NCBI GenBank assembly: GCA_963842525.1
Contig: CAWJGT010000003.1
Span: forward strand, 1,856,001-1,920,000
Source of the DNA: an uncultured Holophagales bacterium
GTDB lineage: Bacteria; Acidobacteriota; Thermoanaerobaculia; Multivoradales; UBA5704
Length of the DNA: 64,000 nt
Direction: 5' to 3'
Positions within the stretch are counted from its first letter, which is position 1. Every line of letters begins with the position of its first letter. Both the position numbers and the translations under genes were made by a program. Below, piece by piece: positions 24,848-34,177 of the stretch. The notes beneath the pieces are model-generated. The model did no database searches. It was given only the letters and a program-made list of their open reading frames with translations, and was not told the DNA's origin.

Positions 24848-25789
24848 TTACTGAATCGCTTCGACGATCTCGATTGCGTTGAGCGCGCCGCCGCGGGTGA
24901 GGTTGTCCATGACGGCCCAGATCCAGAAGCCGCCGAGGACGTCCTTGCGTGCCGGGCCATAGGTCACTTTTTCGCTCGCGGCGGCATCGATGGGTCCCAG
25001 ATGGCGGGGCCGGTCCGACAGCTCCAGATGAGAATGGGCGGCCAGGGCCTTGCGCACGGCCTGGATGCCAACGTTGCTGGCGAAGCGGACGTAGAGGCTT
25101 GCCGAGAGGCTGTGGAAGACCGCACCTTGGACGACCTGGAGGGCCATTGGCTGCTGCTCGCCCAGGACGGCCTGCAGGGTCTCGGTCAAGGAGAGCGCGT
25201 CGGCCGTGGTCGGCAGGAGGTTGAAGGCGAGCTGGGAGCCGAAGACCGGGGTCGGCCGGCGCGGCACCATGGCCACGATCTCCCGGGTCTGCTCGAAGAG
25301 CTCCTCGATGCCGGGATCGCCGAGCATCGAGGCCGGCTGGACCACGGTGGCCACCATGGATTCGGGGCCCAGCCCGCGCAACGGGTGGAGGAGGTGGGCG
25401 AGCAGCACGACCGCCGGATGCGGCGATACGAGGGTCTGCCCCGGCCGCGCCGCTTCGCTGTTGACGCCGGCTACGACCGGGGTACCGTCCTCCGGGGTGG
25501 CGTCGGGCGAGAGGACCACGCCGGTCGTTCCGGGCGGAAGATCGCCGAAGAGCGGGCGGTTGGCGGCGATCGGCCCGCAGAAGTAGACGGTCGAGACCCC
25601 TTGCAGGCTTTCCGGCTCGTAGCGTGTCACCAGGGCGGCGGCGCCGGCGGCCTCGGTCAGGCCTCCGATCTCGTCCTCGCGGGTGCTGAGGAGACGGATC
25701 TCCTGCCACTGGCGGGACCGGTTTTCGATCGTCGACAGGAGCTCCTTGCCGAGGAGGTTCGACGGGTGGAGGATGGCGATGCCGCTCAT
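24848..25789 (-). CDS. Degenerate aspartate-semialdehyde dehydrogenase-like protein (Usg-like)
   Basis: LAFNLLP and WAVMDNLTRGGALNA retained; GATG and NPNC motifs replaced. Confidence 0.75.
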   Translation of the reverse strand: MSGIAILHPSNLLGKELLSTIENRSRQWQEIRLLSTREDEIGGLTEAAGAAALVTRYEPESLQGVSTVYFCGPIAANRPLFGDLPPGTTGVVLSPDATPEDGTPVVAGVNSEAARPGQTLVSPHPAVVLLAHLLHPLRGLGPESMVATVVQPASMLGDPGIEELFEQTREIVAMVPRRPTPVFGSQLAFNLLPTTADALSLTETLQAVLGEQQPMALQVVQGAVFHSLSASLYVRFASNVGIQAVRKALAAHSHLELSDRPRHLGPIDAAASEKVTYGPARKDVLGGFWIWAVMDNLTRGGALNAIEIVEAIQ

Positions 25790-26589
25790 GGAGGGACCTC
25801 GGCCGGTGGGGGTGGAGGCGCGCCGTCGTCGATGCGGGCACCGCCAGGACGAAGGCGGCCCACGAAGTAGGCGAGCGGCCCATAGAGGGTGTAGAGCATC
25901 GCCAGGGTCAGGAAGGCCGCCCGCGGGATGAAATAGATGGTCAGGACCACGGCGGCGATGGGCACCAGGGCGCGGAAGCTCCAGCGCTTGCGGAGGTCGA
26001 CCTTCTTGCCGCTCGGATAGCGGAAGGTCGAGACCATGAGGGCGCCGACCACCAGCAGGGCCGTGGCCACCAGCACCTGCATCCAGACGCGCCACTGCGA
26101 GTCGGGCGCGAAGAAGAGCAGCGAGCAGATGGCCCCTCCCGCCGCCGGCGTCGGCAGGCCGACGAAAAAGCGGGCGTCCACGATCTTGGTCTGGACGTTG
26201 AAGCGGGCCAGCCGGGTCGCGCAGCAGACCATGTAGAAGAGCGACAGCAGCCAGGCGTCGGGATGGAAGTCGCCCAGCCCCCAGAAGTAGGTCAGGAGGG
26301 CCGGCGTGGCCCCGAAGGTGATGACATCGGCCAGCGAGTCGTACTCCTTGCCGAAGTCGCTCTCGGTGCCGGTCAGCCGGGCGATGCGGCCGTCCAGGGA
26401 GTCGAGGAGGGCGGCGGCGAAGACCAGCAGCGCTGCCTTCTGGAAGTCGCCGTCGCGGTAGCCGCAGACGATGGCGTAGAAGCCGAGCAGCATGTTGCCG
26501 ATGGTGAACAGGCTCGGCAGCAGGTAGGCACCGCGGCGGACCCGCTGGCCCATCCTGCGGCGGGCCGGAGAGGCCGGCTCGATGATCAT
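25786..26589 (-). CDS. pssA: CDP-diacylglycerol--serine O-phosphatidyltransferase
   Basis: LDSLDGRIAR...FGKEYDSLAD; RLARFN; FVGLPTP. Confidence 0.93.
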   Translation of the reverse strand: MIIEPASPARRRMGQRVRRGAYLLPSLFTIGNMLLGFYAIVCGYRDGDFQKAALLVFAAALLDSLDGRIARLTGTESDFGKEYDSLADVITFGATPALLTYFWGLGDFHPDAWLLSLFYMVCCATRLARFNVQTKIVDARFFVGLPTPAAGGAICSLLFFAPDSQWRVWMQVLVATALLVVGALMVSTFRYPSGKKVDLRKRWSFRALVPIAAVVLTIYFIPRAAFLTLAMLYTLYGPLAYFVGRLRPGGARIDDGAPPPPPAEVPP

Positions 26590-27233
26590 GTCGTCCCTCC
26601 TGGGCCTGGCGGCAGGGCCACCGGGGTGGCCCCGTTCTTCAGGCGGTCCCCTTTCCTGACCAGGACCTGGTAGCTCTCCGGCACCAGGAGGTCCACCCGC
26701 GAGCTGAACTTGATCAGGCCCATCGCCTGTGCCCGGTGCACGTGGTCCCCCTCTTTGAGGTAGCAGACCACCCGGCGGGCGAGCAGGCCCGCGATCTGCC
26801 GCACTCCCACCAGGTCGCCGTCCGGGCGGCGGATGACCGTGAGGTGCTTTTCGTTGACCTCTCCGGCGTCCTCGCGGAAGGCGGCGACCTTCTTGCCGGC
26901 GGTATGGCGGGAGACGGTTACCTCGCCCGCCGCCGGCGCTTTCTGCACGTGGACGTCGAACACCGAGAGGAAGGTGACGACCCGATGGTAGCGGCCGGGC
27001 CCGATCTCCGGGTCCTCGATCGTGTCGACCCGCGTGATCAGGCCGTCCGCCGGGGCGAGCACGGCCCCGGCCTCCCCCTCGTAGCGCCGCGACGGATCGC
27101 GGAAGAAGAGCAGGATCAGCAGGCCGAGGACGAGCGCGAACGCTCCCCATCCAGAGTGGCCGAGCAAGAGGAGCAGGACCGCCAGGAAGATGAACGGCAG
27201 GACGAAGGGCCAGGCTTCGCGGGCGAACTTCAT
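26586..27233 (-). CDS. psd: Phosphatidylserine decarboxylase
   Basis: FFRDP; APADG; FDVHV; QIAGLLARR; IKFSSRVD cleavage motif. Confidence 0.93.
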   Translation of the reverse strand: MKFAREAWPFVLPFIFLAVLLLLLGHSGWGAFALVLGLLILLFFRDPSRRYEGEAGAVLAPADGLITRVDTIEDPEIGPGRYHRVVTFLSVFDVHVQKAPAAGEVTVSRHTAGKKVAAFREDAGEVNEKHLTVIRRPDGDLVGVRQIAGLLARRVVCYLKEGDHVHRAQAMGLIKFSSRVDLLVPESYQVLVRKGDRLKNGATPVALPPGPGGTT

Positions 27234-27244
27234 GGGACGGCGCG

Positions 27245-27481
27245 TCAGGCGGTAACCCGCGATTCGCGGTGTTGCCGCAGGATCTCTTCCATCTTGTCCT
27301 TCAGCACCAGCTTGTGGAGCTTGATCTTCTTTTCCTCGGCCTCGTCGTCCTGCGAGAAGAGCGATTTGTGGTTCAGCTCCTGGAGGCGCCGCTCGTACTC
27401 CTGGTGCTCTTCGTACAAGCGGTGGAAGTCGTCGTCGGTCTGAATCAGCTCCTGCTTCAGGGCTTCATCCCTGTTCGGCAT
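27245..27481 (-). CDS. DUF465/YdcH family protein
   Basis: HQEYE...KKIKLHKLVLKDKM. Confidence 0.8.
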   Translation of the reverse strand: MPNRDEALKQELIQTDDDFHRLYEEHQEYERRLQELNHKSLFSQDDEAEEKKIKLHKLVLKDKMEEILRQHRESRVTA

Positions 27482-27753
27482 GGCATCGGCCTCCTTGAAG
27501 GATGCGGAAGGGTGGTCCGTATGGACCTGGGCTGTGAGTGAAAGAAGAGAGAGCGGGTCTGCGGCGCGAGACGCTCACCGGCGGATCGTCTCCCGGATAC
27601 GCTCCCGCCCGGGTTCCTGGATGGAGGGGCGGGACGTGATGGTAGCTGGGGTCACCATGCTCCGGCCCGAGGATAGCACCCTGCCGTGCGGCTTGGGTAG
27701 TCAAGGGAGGCCGGCGCGGAGGAGCCGCGCCGGCCTGGGGATGGGCTGTGGGC

Positions 27754-29685
27754 CTACTCGCAGATCTTCCAGTGCGCGCGATAGGCGCCGGTCACGGTGG
27801 GGGAGGGGTTGTCGCTCCACCCACCGGAGATCTTGCCGACCGCGATCCCGGAGGCGGCATTGAAGATCCGGGCGGAGAACTCGCCCGAGCTCGTCGTCGT
27901 GAAGGTCCACGTCCCCGACACGGTGTAGTCCGGGTCGGGGGCCAGGCCGTCGTAGAGGATGCCGTTGACGAGGGTGCCGCCGGCCGAGCTGGTCCAGACC
28001 AGGTCGGCGGTGAATTTGTACTGGAAGACGCCGGCCGGATCGTAGAGGTAACCGGCGACGCTCCCGGGCGTCGTCCCGGTGGGCACCGGCTGGTCCCAGG
28101 ATCCGGTGGAATAACCGTTCCGGCAGGTGAAGCAGCCCGAGGTGTCGAAGGCCGCGCAGGTCGCGCTGCAGGACAGGGTGCCGCCGGTGAAGCCCTGACT
28201 GGCGCAGGTCGCGCCGCCGAGGTCGGTGCCGTCGCAGACTTCGGCCGGCGCCTCGAGGATGTTGTTGCCGCAGGCCGTCCAGCCGACGTCGGTGAACTGC
28301 TGCATCGTGAGGTCGACCCCGTGCGTGAGGTCGGCGTTGATGGCGGGCTCCATCAGGAGGTTGGGGGAGGCGATCACGTCCCAGTGCGAGATCGAGGAGC
28401 CCGGTTGGACCGGGTTCGGGGCCCAGAGCAGCACGTGGCCGTTGGGGTCCGCGCCGAGCAGGACGGACATGTTGATCCCCAGGGTGCCGCTGACCCCCAC
28501 CCCGAGCTGCGCCTTGAACCTGTTGCCGTCGGCGAGGCTGATCCGGACCGAGGGGATGGTGATCGTCGGATCGACGCCGGCCATGCCGGCGGGCGGGCTG
28601 CCCGCGACGTTGTCCGCCACCAGGACGCCCACGGCGCCGACCGCCTGCGCGTTCGCCACCTTCTGGGTGAAGGGGCAGGTGCCGCGGTCGACCAGCGCGA
28701 GGTTGCCGTTGATGGCCGCTCCGTTGGTGATCGGCTCGCAGGCGTCGCTGGTCACGCCGACGCCGTCGTTGGCGAGGATGACATTGCCGCTGACCCCGGG
28801 GCTGGAGAGCGGCGGCCCGAAGTCGGCGGCGCCGATCCGGTAGGTCCAGGCGATCGCCGGCGGCGAGGTGATGGTCACCGCCGGCGTGCCGGGGATGAGG
28901 ATGGACGGCGCGGCTGCCGTGACGTCCGGTCCGTCCCACACGACCCGGTTGGTGTTGATGGCCGAGGCGACGCGCTGCGCGTTGGTCATCTGGTTCCAGT
29001 GCAGGTTGACCTCGGTGTCGAACGTGAAGCGGGTGTAGATGTCGGGCAGGCCGCCAGCGAGCGCGCCGGTGGTCTTGTTGACGAACTCAGAGAACCCGAA
29101 GCCGTGGGCGAACTCGTGGAGCAGCACGGTGACGAGGTCGATGTTGCCGCCATGGTTGTTGTCGAGGCCGTAGTACCAGCTCGTGGCTCCAAGGCAGGTC
29201 GGGTTGTCGATCAGGTCGTTGAAGAAGGCGATCATGTCGTCTGCGTTGGTCCCCGGCGGGCCGGGGTTCAAGTCGAAGCCGGCGAGCGAGTTGGCGAGCG
29301 CGCCGTGATACCAGGTGTTGGGGAAGGGCGCGTTGGGGAAGTTGGAGAAGACCTGAATGGTCCCCGCGGCGCCCAGCGTCGCGGCGGTCGGGGTGCAGGC
29401 GAGCGGCGGGTTCGGATGGAAGGTCGCCTGGACGAAGATCGGGACGCTGCTGTTGATGATGCCGCTCCAGATGGTGGCGGCGTGCTGGAACGCGTTGATC
29501 CGCTGGGCGCCCACGGTGGTCCCGGGGTTGCCGCCGACCGGTGCCACCACAGTGGGGTCGTCGAAGCCGAGACCGGTCCCGGCGTCGAGGTTGACGATGT
29601 TGATGGTGGCGGTGCCGAAGGCCGGCGGCGCCACGAGGACAGCCAGGACGAGGGCGGAGAGCAGGGTGAAGAAGCGCTGTCTCAT
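27754..29685 (-). CDS. Secreted zinc metallopeptidase with PA domain and Cys-rich repeat
   Basis: Signal peptide; LLHEFAHGFG; LVDRGTCPF PA domain; GSSISHWD; LMEP; CGNNILE..CDG. Confidence 0.85.
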   Translation of the reverse strand: MRQRFFTLLSALVLAVLVAPPAFGTATINIVNLDAGTGLGFDDPTVVAPVGGNPGTTVGAQRINAFQHAATIWSGIINSSVPIFVQATFHPNPPLACTPTAATLGAAGTIQVFSNFPNAPFPNTWYHGALANSLAGFDLNPGPPGTNADDMIAFFNDLIDNPTCLGATSWYYGLDNNHGGNIDLVTVLLHEFAHGFGFSEFVNKTTGALAGGLPDIYTRFTFDTEVNLHWNQMTNAQRVASAINTNRVVWDGPDVTAAAPSILIPGTPAVTITSPPAIAWTYRIGAADFGPPLSSPGVSGNVILANDGVGVTSDACEPITNGAAINGNLALVDRGTCPFTQKVANAQAVGAVGVLVADNVAGSPPAGMAGVDPTITIPSVRISLADGNRFKAQLGVGVSGTLGINMSVLLGADPNGHVLLWAPNPVQPGSSISHWDVIASPNLLMEPAINADLTHGVDLTMQQFTDVGWTACGNNILEAPAEVCDGTDLGGATCASQGFTGGTLSCSATCAAFDTSGCFTCRNGYSTGSWDQPVPTGTTPGSVAGYLYDPAGVFQYKFTADLVWTSSAGGTLVNGILYDGLAPDPDYTVSGTWTFTTTSSGEFSARIFNAASGIAVGKISGGWSDNPSPTVTGAYRAHWKICE

Positions 29686-29689
29686 GGCA

Positions 29690-30118
29690 TTACTCCGTTT
29701 CCGCCGCCGGCTGTGGCCGGGGAGCCGGGGCAAGGCCGAACAGGGCGCGGGCCTGCCGGATGTCGCTGGTGCAGTTGAGCTTCAAGGTGCCGTCCGCGCT
29801 CTTCTGGATGAGGGCGGCGTTGAGGAAGCTGCCCTGGAGGTCGAGGACCAGCGTGCCGTCGGCGCGCTCCTCGGGCTTCAGGTCTTCTGTGGACTGGCGG
29901 AAGAGCTGCTCCAGGGAAGCGGACAGCGTTCGCATTTCCTCGGGCGTGGGGGCGCGCAACTGCCCCGTTGCCGGGTCGATGGCGACCTGGACGCCGCTGG
30001 CCGCGGGCGCCGCGGCCTTGCCGGATACGGGCTTGTCCTGGGCCATGCCGGCCGCGGACGCGGCGACGGCCAGGGCGAGCGCCAGGATCAGGGCTCCTCG
30101 CATGATGCCGATTCGCAT
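29690..30118 (-). CDS. Small secreted protein (propeptide-like, IDPxTGxLRAP family)
   Basis: Signal peptide; IDPATGQLRAPTPEE; ADGT repeats; directly upstream of peptidase. Confidence 0.65.
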   Translation of the reverse strand: MRIGIMRGALILALALAVAASAAGMAQDKPVSGKAAAPAASGVQVAIDPATGQLRAPTPEEMRTLSASLEQLFRQSTEDLKPEERADGTLVLDLQGSFLNAALIQKSADGTLKLNCTSDIRQARALFGLAPAPRPQPAAETE

Positions 30119-30236
30119 GTTCGGTTTCCTCCGTGGGAAAAGAAGTTGAGGGTTGGCCGCTCCCCGAGCGGGAGCGCGTTCGGACACCCTCTGAGAGGAA
30201 GAGCGAGAATCGGCGGAGTTTTCGACGATTGTTTCT

Positions 30237-30293
30237 CCCCCCTCTCCCGGCGGGGGGTGGAAGGGAGATGGGAGAGGGGGTCAGGGGGGTGAG
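30237..30293. repeat. REP element (CCCTCACCCC family)
   Basis: CCCCTCTCCC...GGGAGAGGGG..GGGGGTGAGG. Confidence 0.75.
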
Positions 30294-30739
30294 GACACCG
30301 GCCGCGAGAGCACCAGGGCGTCCGAGCCGTCCCGGTAGTAGCCGCGGCGCCTTCCCGCCGGCGCGAAGCCGAGGGCGCGATAGAGGGAGATCGCCGCTTC
30401 GTTGTCGATCCGGACCTCGAGGAGGCAGGTCTTGATGCCCGCCTGCCGCAGCCGCTCCAGGCCGTGCTCCACCAGGGCGCGGCCGACGCCGCGGCGGCGT
30501 TCGGCGGACAGGACCGCGAGGCGCAGCAGCTCCGCCTCTCCCCAGCCATGACGGAAGGCGGAGTAGCCGCACGCGGGCAACTCCCCCCAGGAGGCCTGAT
30601 GGAGGAGGGCGGTCGGCTGCTCGAGCTCGCCGGCGAGCATCTCCAGGGACCAGGGGTCTCCGAAGGTGGACGCCTCGAGCCAGGCGATCCGGGTCAGGTC
30701 GTCGCGCAGCACCGGCCGGATGACGAGCGGATCGGTCAC
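30281..30739 (-). CDS. rimI: Ribosomal protein alanine N-acetyltransferase
   Basis: LEVRIDNEAAISLY...GRRRGYY; adjacent to tsaB. Confidence 0.85.
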   Translation of the reverse strand: MTDPLVIRPVLRDDLTRIAWLEASTFGDPWSLEMLAGELEQPTALLHQASWGELPACGYSAFRHGWGEAELLRLAVLSAERRRGVGRALVEHGLERLRQAGIKTCLLEVRIDNEAAISLYRALGFAPAGRRRGYYRDGSDALVLSRPVSSPP

Positions 30740-31446
30740 GGTCGTACGGGTTCCGGGGTGGGCCTGCGGGAGCGGGGGAGGGAGATGGCGGCGGGGCGTG
30801 AATAGAGAGGAGAGATCAGACGCGCCGGGTCCCAGACGGCGTCCGGTCCGGACGCCAGCCGGGCCGCGACCGAGGCCAGAGGCGGGGAAGGGCCGGGCTC
30901 ATGCAGGCGGATCTCCGGAGGCCAGCCTGGCAGGTCCGCCAGCCGCGAGGCGCCGAAGCCCACGATCATTCCGGCCCCCGCCGCGAACAGCTCCGGCAGG
31001 CGGCTCCCCGGCAGCAGCTCCATCCCGCTCAACGGCCGGGGCGGGATCTCTCCGGAGAACGCCTGGGCGCTCCACTCGCCGCGCAGCGCGTCGACGATCG
31101 CCACGACAACATCATCCGCGGACCCGGACGCGGCGGCGGCCAGCACCTGGAGCGTGTCGAGCGCGGTCGCGGCGATGCCCAGCGACTGGTGGAAGCCGAG
31201 GGCGGTGGCGAGCCCGATGCGCAGCCCCGTAAAGCTCCCCGGCCCGCGCAGTGCCACGACGCCGCCCAGGTCCGCCGGCCGCGCTCCCACCTCGGCGAGC
31301 AGGTCGCGAATCATCCCCAGCATCTGACCGGCCGAGCGCTCCATCCCGGCCGCGCGCTCGGCCAGCACCTCGCCGTCCCGCGCCAGCGCCGCGCTCACCC
31401 AGGGAGAGCCGGCGTCGAGGACGAGGAGGAGGGGGGAGGGGGGCAT
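30736..31446 (-). CDS. tsaB: t6A biosynthesis protein TsaB
   Basis: GPGSFTGLRIG; DALRGE; PLY. Confidence 0.92.
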   Translation of the reverse strand: MPPSPLLLVLDAGSPWVSAALARDGEVLAERAAGMERSAGQMLGMIRDLLAEVGARPADLGGVVALRGPGSFTGLRIGLATALGFHQSLGIAATALDTLQVLAAAASGSADDVVVAIVDALRGEWSAQAFSGEIPPRPLSGMELLPGSRLPELFAAGAGMIVGFGASRLADLPGWPPEIRLHEPGPSPPLASVAARLASGPDAVWDPARLISPLYSRPAAISLPRSRRPTPEPVRP

Positions 31447-31506
31447 GGGGGAAGTATAGGCGGCCCCTGTTGTCGCCCCCGCGGGGAACCGATAATCTCT
31501 CTTTCC

Positions 31507-34167
31507 ATGCCGTCTCTCGCCGCTCCCGTCTCCCTCGGGTCGTTGACCCCCATGCTCCGCCAGTACCTGGAGGTCAAGGCGGAGCATCCGGACGCCGTCC
31601 TCATGTACCGGATGGGGGATTTCTACGAGATGTTCTTCGAGGACGCCCGGCGGGCGGCGCCGCTCCTGGAAGTGCAGCTCACCGCCCGCAACAAGGGGAC
31701 CGGGAACGAGGCCCCCATGTGCGGCATTCCCTATCACGCCCTGGAGTCCTATCTCGGCAAGCTGATCGCCGCCGGCCTCAAGGTGGCCATCTGCGACCAG
31801 GTCGAGGACCCGGCGCAGGCCAAGGGCCTGGTCAAGCGCGAGGTCACCCGGGTCGTCACCCCCGGCACGCTGAGCGATCCCGCGTTGTTGGACGGAAAGG
31901 AGGAGAACCTCCTGGCCGGGCTGGTATGGGATGGAGAGGGCGGAAGCGGCGCCTTCCTCGACCTGTCGACCGGCAGCTTCTTCATCCGCCGCTGGCGTTC
32001 GCCCGAGGAGGCGGTGGACGACCTCGCCCTGCTGCGCCCGCGCGAAGTGCTCTTCCATGCCTGCCGCGGAGGGGACGGCGCCGCGGCTTTTCCTCGCGGC
32101 ATCGTCGATTGGGCCGAGCGGGAGTGCCCGTGCCGGACCGAGCTGACCGGCGACCGGCTGTTCGATCCGCACCGGGCCGGCGAGCTGCTGCTGCGTCAGT
32201 TCGGTGTCGCCACCCTGCGCGGCTTCGGCCTGGAGGAGGGGGAGCCCGCCGTGCGCGCCGCCGCGGCAGCGCTCGCCTACGCCCAGGAGACGCAGAAGAG
32301 CGAGCTTTCCCACGTGCGCGGGATCGCCGTCCAGGAGGCGCGGGACCGCATGGTCCTCGACGCCTCGACCCTTGCCAACCTGGAGGTCTTCCGCAGCCAG
32401 CGCGCCGAGCTGGCGGGCCCCCGCCGCCGCGGCACCCTCCTCGCCGTCCTCGACCGCACCGTGACCGCGCCGGGCGGACGCGCCGTCCGCGAATGGCTGC
32501 GCCGGCCGCTGGTCGATCCCCCCGCGATCGTGGAGCGCCACCGCGCGGTCGGCGAGCTGGCGGCGGACCATCCGCGCCGCGAACGCCTTCGCGAGCGCCT
32601 GGCCCGGGTGGGAGACCCCGAGCGCCTGCTCGCCCGCGCCGTCCTCGGGACCATGACCCCGCGCGAGGCCGCGGCCTTGCGCGACGGCCTCGCCGAGATG
32701 CCGGCGGTCCTCGCCGAGCTGACCGATGCCCAGGCCCCCCTCCTCGCCCGGCTCGCCACGGTCGATCCGCTCGTGGACCTCCATGCCGAGCTCGCCCGGA
32801 TGCTCGAAGAGGCCCCGGCGCCGAGTCTCCAGGACGGGGGCGTGATCGCCGCCGGGGTCGATCCGGAGCTCGATCGCTTCCGCTCTCTGGCGCGGGACAG
32901 CAAGCGGCACATCCTGGCCCTGGAGGTGCGGGAGCGGGAGCGCACCGGGATCTCCTCGTTGAAGATCCGCTACAACCGGGTCTTCGGCTATTACCTGGAG
33001 GTCACGCGGGCGAACCAGGAGCGGGTGCCCGCCGACTACATCCGCAAGCAGACCCTGGTCAACGCCGAGCGCTATGTGACGCCGGAGATCAAGGAGCTGG
33101 AGGAGCAGATCCTCTCGGCCGAGGAGCGGCAGATCGCCCTGGAGCAGGACTGGTTCAAGAAGCTCATCGTCACAATCGTCGCCGCGGCTGCCGGCCTGAC
33201 CGGCCTCGCCGCGGCCGTGGGCACCCTCGACGGCCTGGCTTCCTTTGCCGAGGCCGCGGCCCGCCACCGCTACGTCCAGCCGCGGATGGAGCCGGCGGGA
33301 GGGCCGATCGCGATCCGTGACGGCCGGCACCCGGTGGTCGAGCAGGCGAGCCGCGACGCCTTCGTGCCCAACGACGCCGATCTCGACGAGAGCGCCCGGA
33401 TCGTCCTGCTGACCGGCCCCAACATGGGGGGCAAATCGACCTACCTGCGGCAGGTGGCGCTGATCGCCCTGATGGCGCAGGCCGGGAGCTTCGTGCCGGC
33501 CCAGGAGGCGACCCTCGGGGTGATCGACCGCATCTTCACCCGCGTGGGCGCGTCGGATGACCTCGCGCGCGGGGAGTCCACCTTCATGGTGGAGATGATC
33601 GAGACGGCCAACATCCTGCGCCACGCCACCGACCACAGCCTGGTGATCCTCGACGAGGTGGGACGGGGCACCGCGACCTTCGACGGCCTGTCGATCGCCT
33701 GGGCCATCGTCGAGTACCTGCACGCGCACCGGCGGCCCAAGACTCTCTTCGCCACCCACTACCATGAGCTGACCGAGCTCGCTTCGCTGCTGCCGGGGGT
33801 GGTCAACCGCACCATGGCGGTCAAGGAGTGGGAGGACCGCATCGTCTTCCTGCGCCGGGTGGTGCCCGGGAGCGCCGACAAGTCCTACGGCATCCACGTG
33901 GCGCGGCTCGCCGGCCTGCCCGCCGAGGTGATCACCCGCGCCGGCGAGGTCCTCGCCAACCTGGAGTCCCACGAATACGACCTCACCGGCAAGCCGCGCC
34001 TGGCCCGCGGCCCCAACGCTCCCGAGGCCGGCGAGCCGGCCCAGCTCGCCCTCTTCGCCCCGCCGGAGCAGGTGGTCGCCTCCGTCCTCCGGGAGGTCGA
34101 TCTCGACCGATTGTCGCCCCTGGCGGCATTGAACCTTCTACATAGTCTAAAATCGCGGCTCGTCTGA
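31507..34167 (+). CDS. mutS: DNA mismatch repair protein MutS
   Basis: TPMLRQY; GDFYEMF; TGPNMGGKST; DEVGRGT; FATHYHEL. Confidence 0.97.
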   Translation: MPSLAAPVSLGSLTPMLRQYLEVKAEHPDAVLMYRMGDFYEMFFEDARRAAPLLEVQLTARNKGTGNEAPMCGIPYHALESYLGKLIAAGLKVAICDQVEDPAQAKGLVKREVTRVVTPGTLSDPALLDGKEENLLAGLVWDGEGGSGAFLDLSTGSFFIRRWRSPEEAVDDLALLRPREVLFHACRGGDGAAAFPRGIVDWAERECPCRTELTGDRLFDPHRAGELLLRQFGVATLRGFGLEEGEPAVRAAAAALAYAQETQKSELSHVRGIAVQEARDRMVLDASTLANLEVFRSQRAELAGPRRRGTLLAVLDRTVTAPGGRAVREWLRRPLVDPPAIVERHRAVGELAADHPRRERLRERLARVGDPERLLARAVLGTMTPREAAALRDGLAEMPAVLAELTDAQAPLLARLATVDPLVDLHAELARMLEEAPAPSLQDGGVIAAGVDPELDRFRSLARDSKRHILALEVRERERTGISSLKIRYNRVFGYYLEVTRANQERVPADYIRKQTLVNAERYVTPEIKELEEQILSAEERQIALEQDWFKKLIVTIVAAAAGLTGLAAAVGTLDGLASFAEAAARHRYVQPRMEPAGGPIAIRDGRHPVVEQASRDAFVPNDADLDESARIVLLTGPNMGGKSTYLRQVALIALMAQAGSFVPAQEATLGVIDRIFTRVGASDDLARGESTFMVEMIETANILRHATDHSLVILDEVGRGTATFDGLSIAWAIVEYLHAHRRPKTLFATHYHELTELASLLPGVVNRTMAVKEWEDRIVFLRRVVPGSADKSYGIHVARLAGLPAEVITRAGEVLANLESHEYDLTGKPRLARGPNAPEAGEPAQLALFAPPEQVVASVLREVDLDRLSPLAALNLLHSLKSRLV

Positions 34168-34177
34168 GAGCCGCACC

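Noticed and set aside
30736-33972. 1078-aa minus-strand ORF and other long antisense ORFs (e.g. 9372-11279, 13648-15756, 47134-49314, 62237-63856)
   Set aside because: High-GC shadow frames of real genes; only 30736-31446 of the first is real (tsaB).
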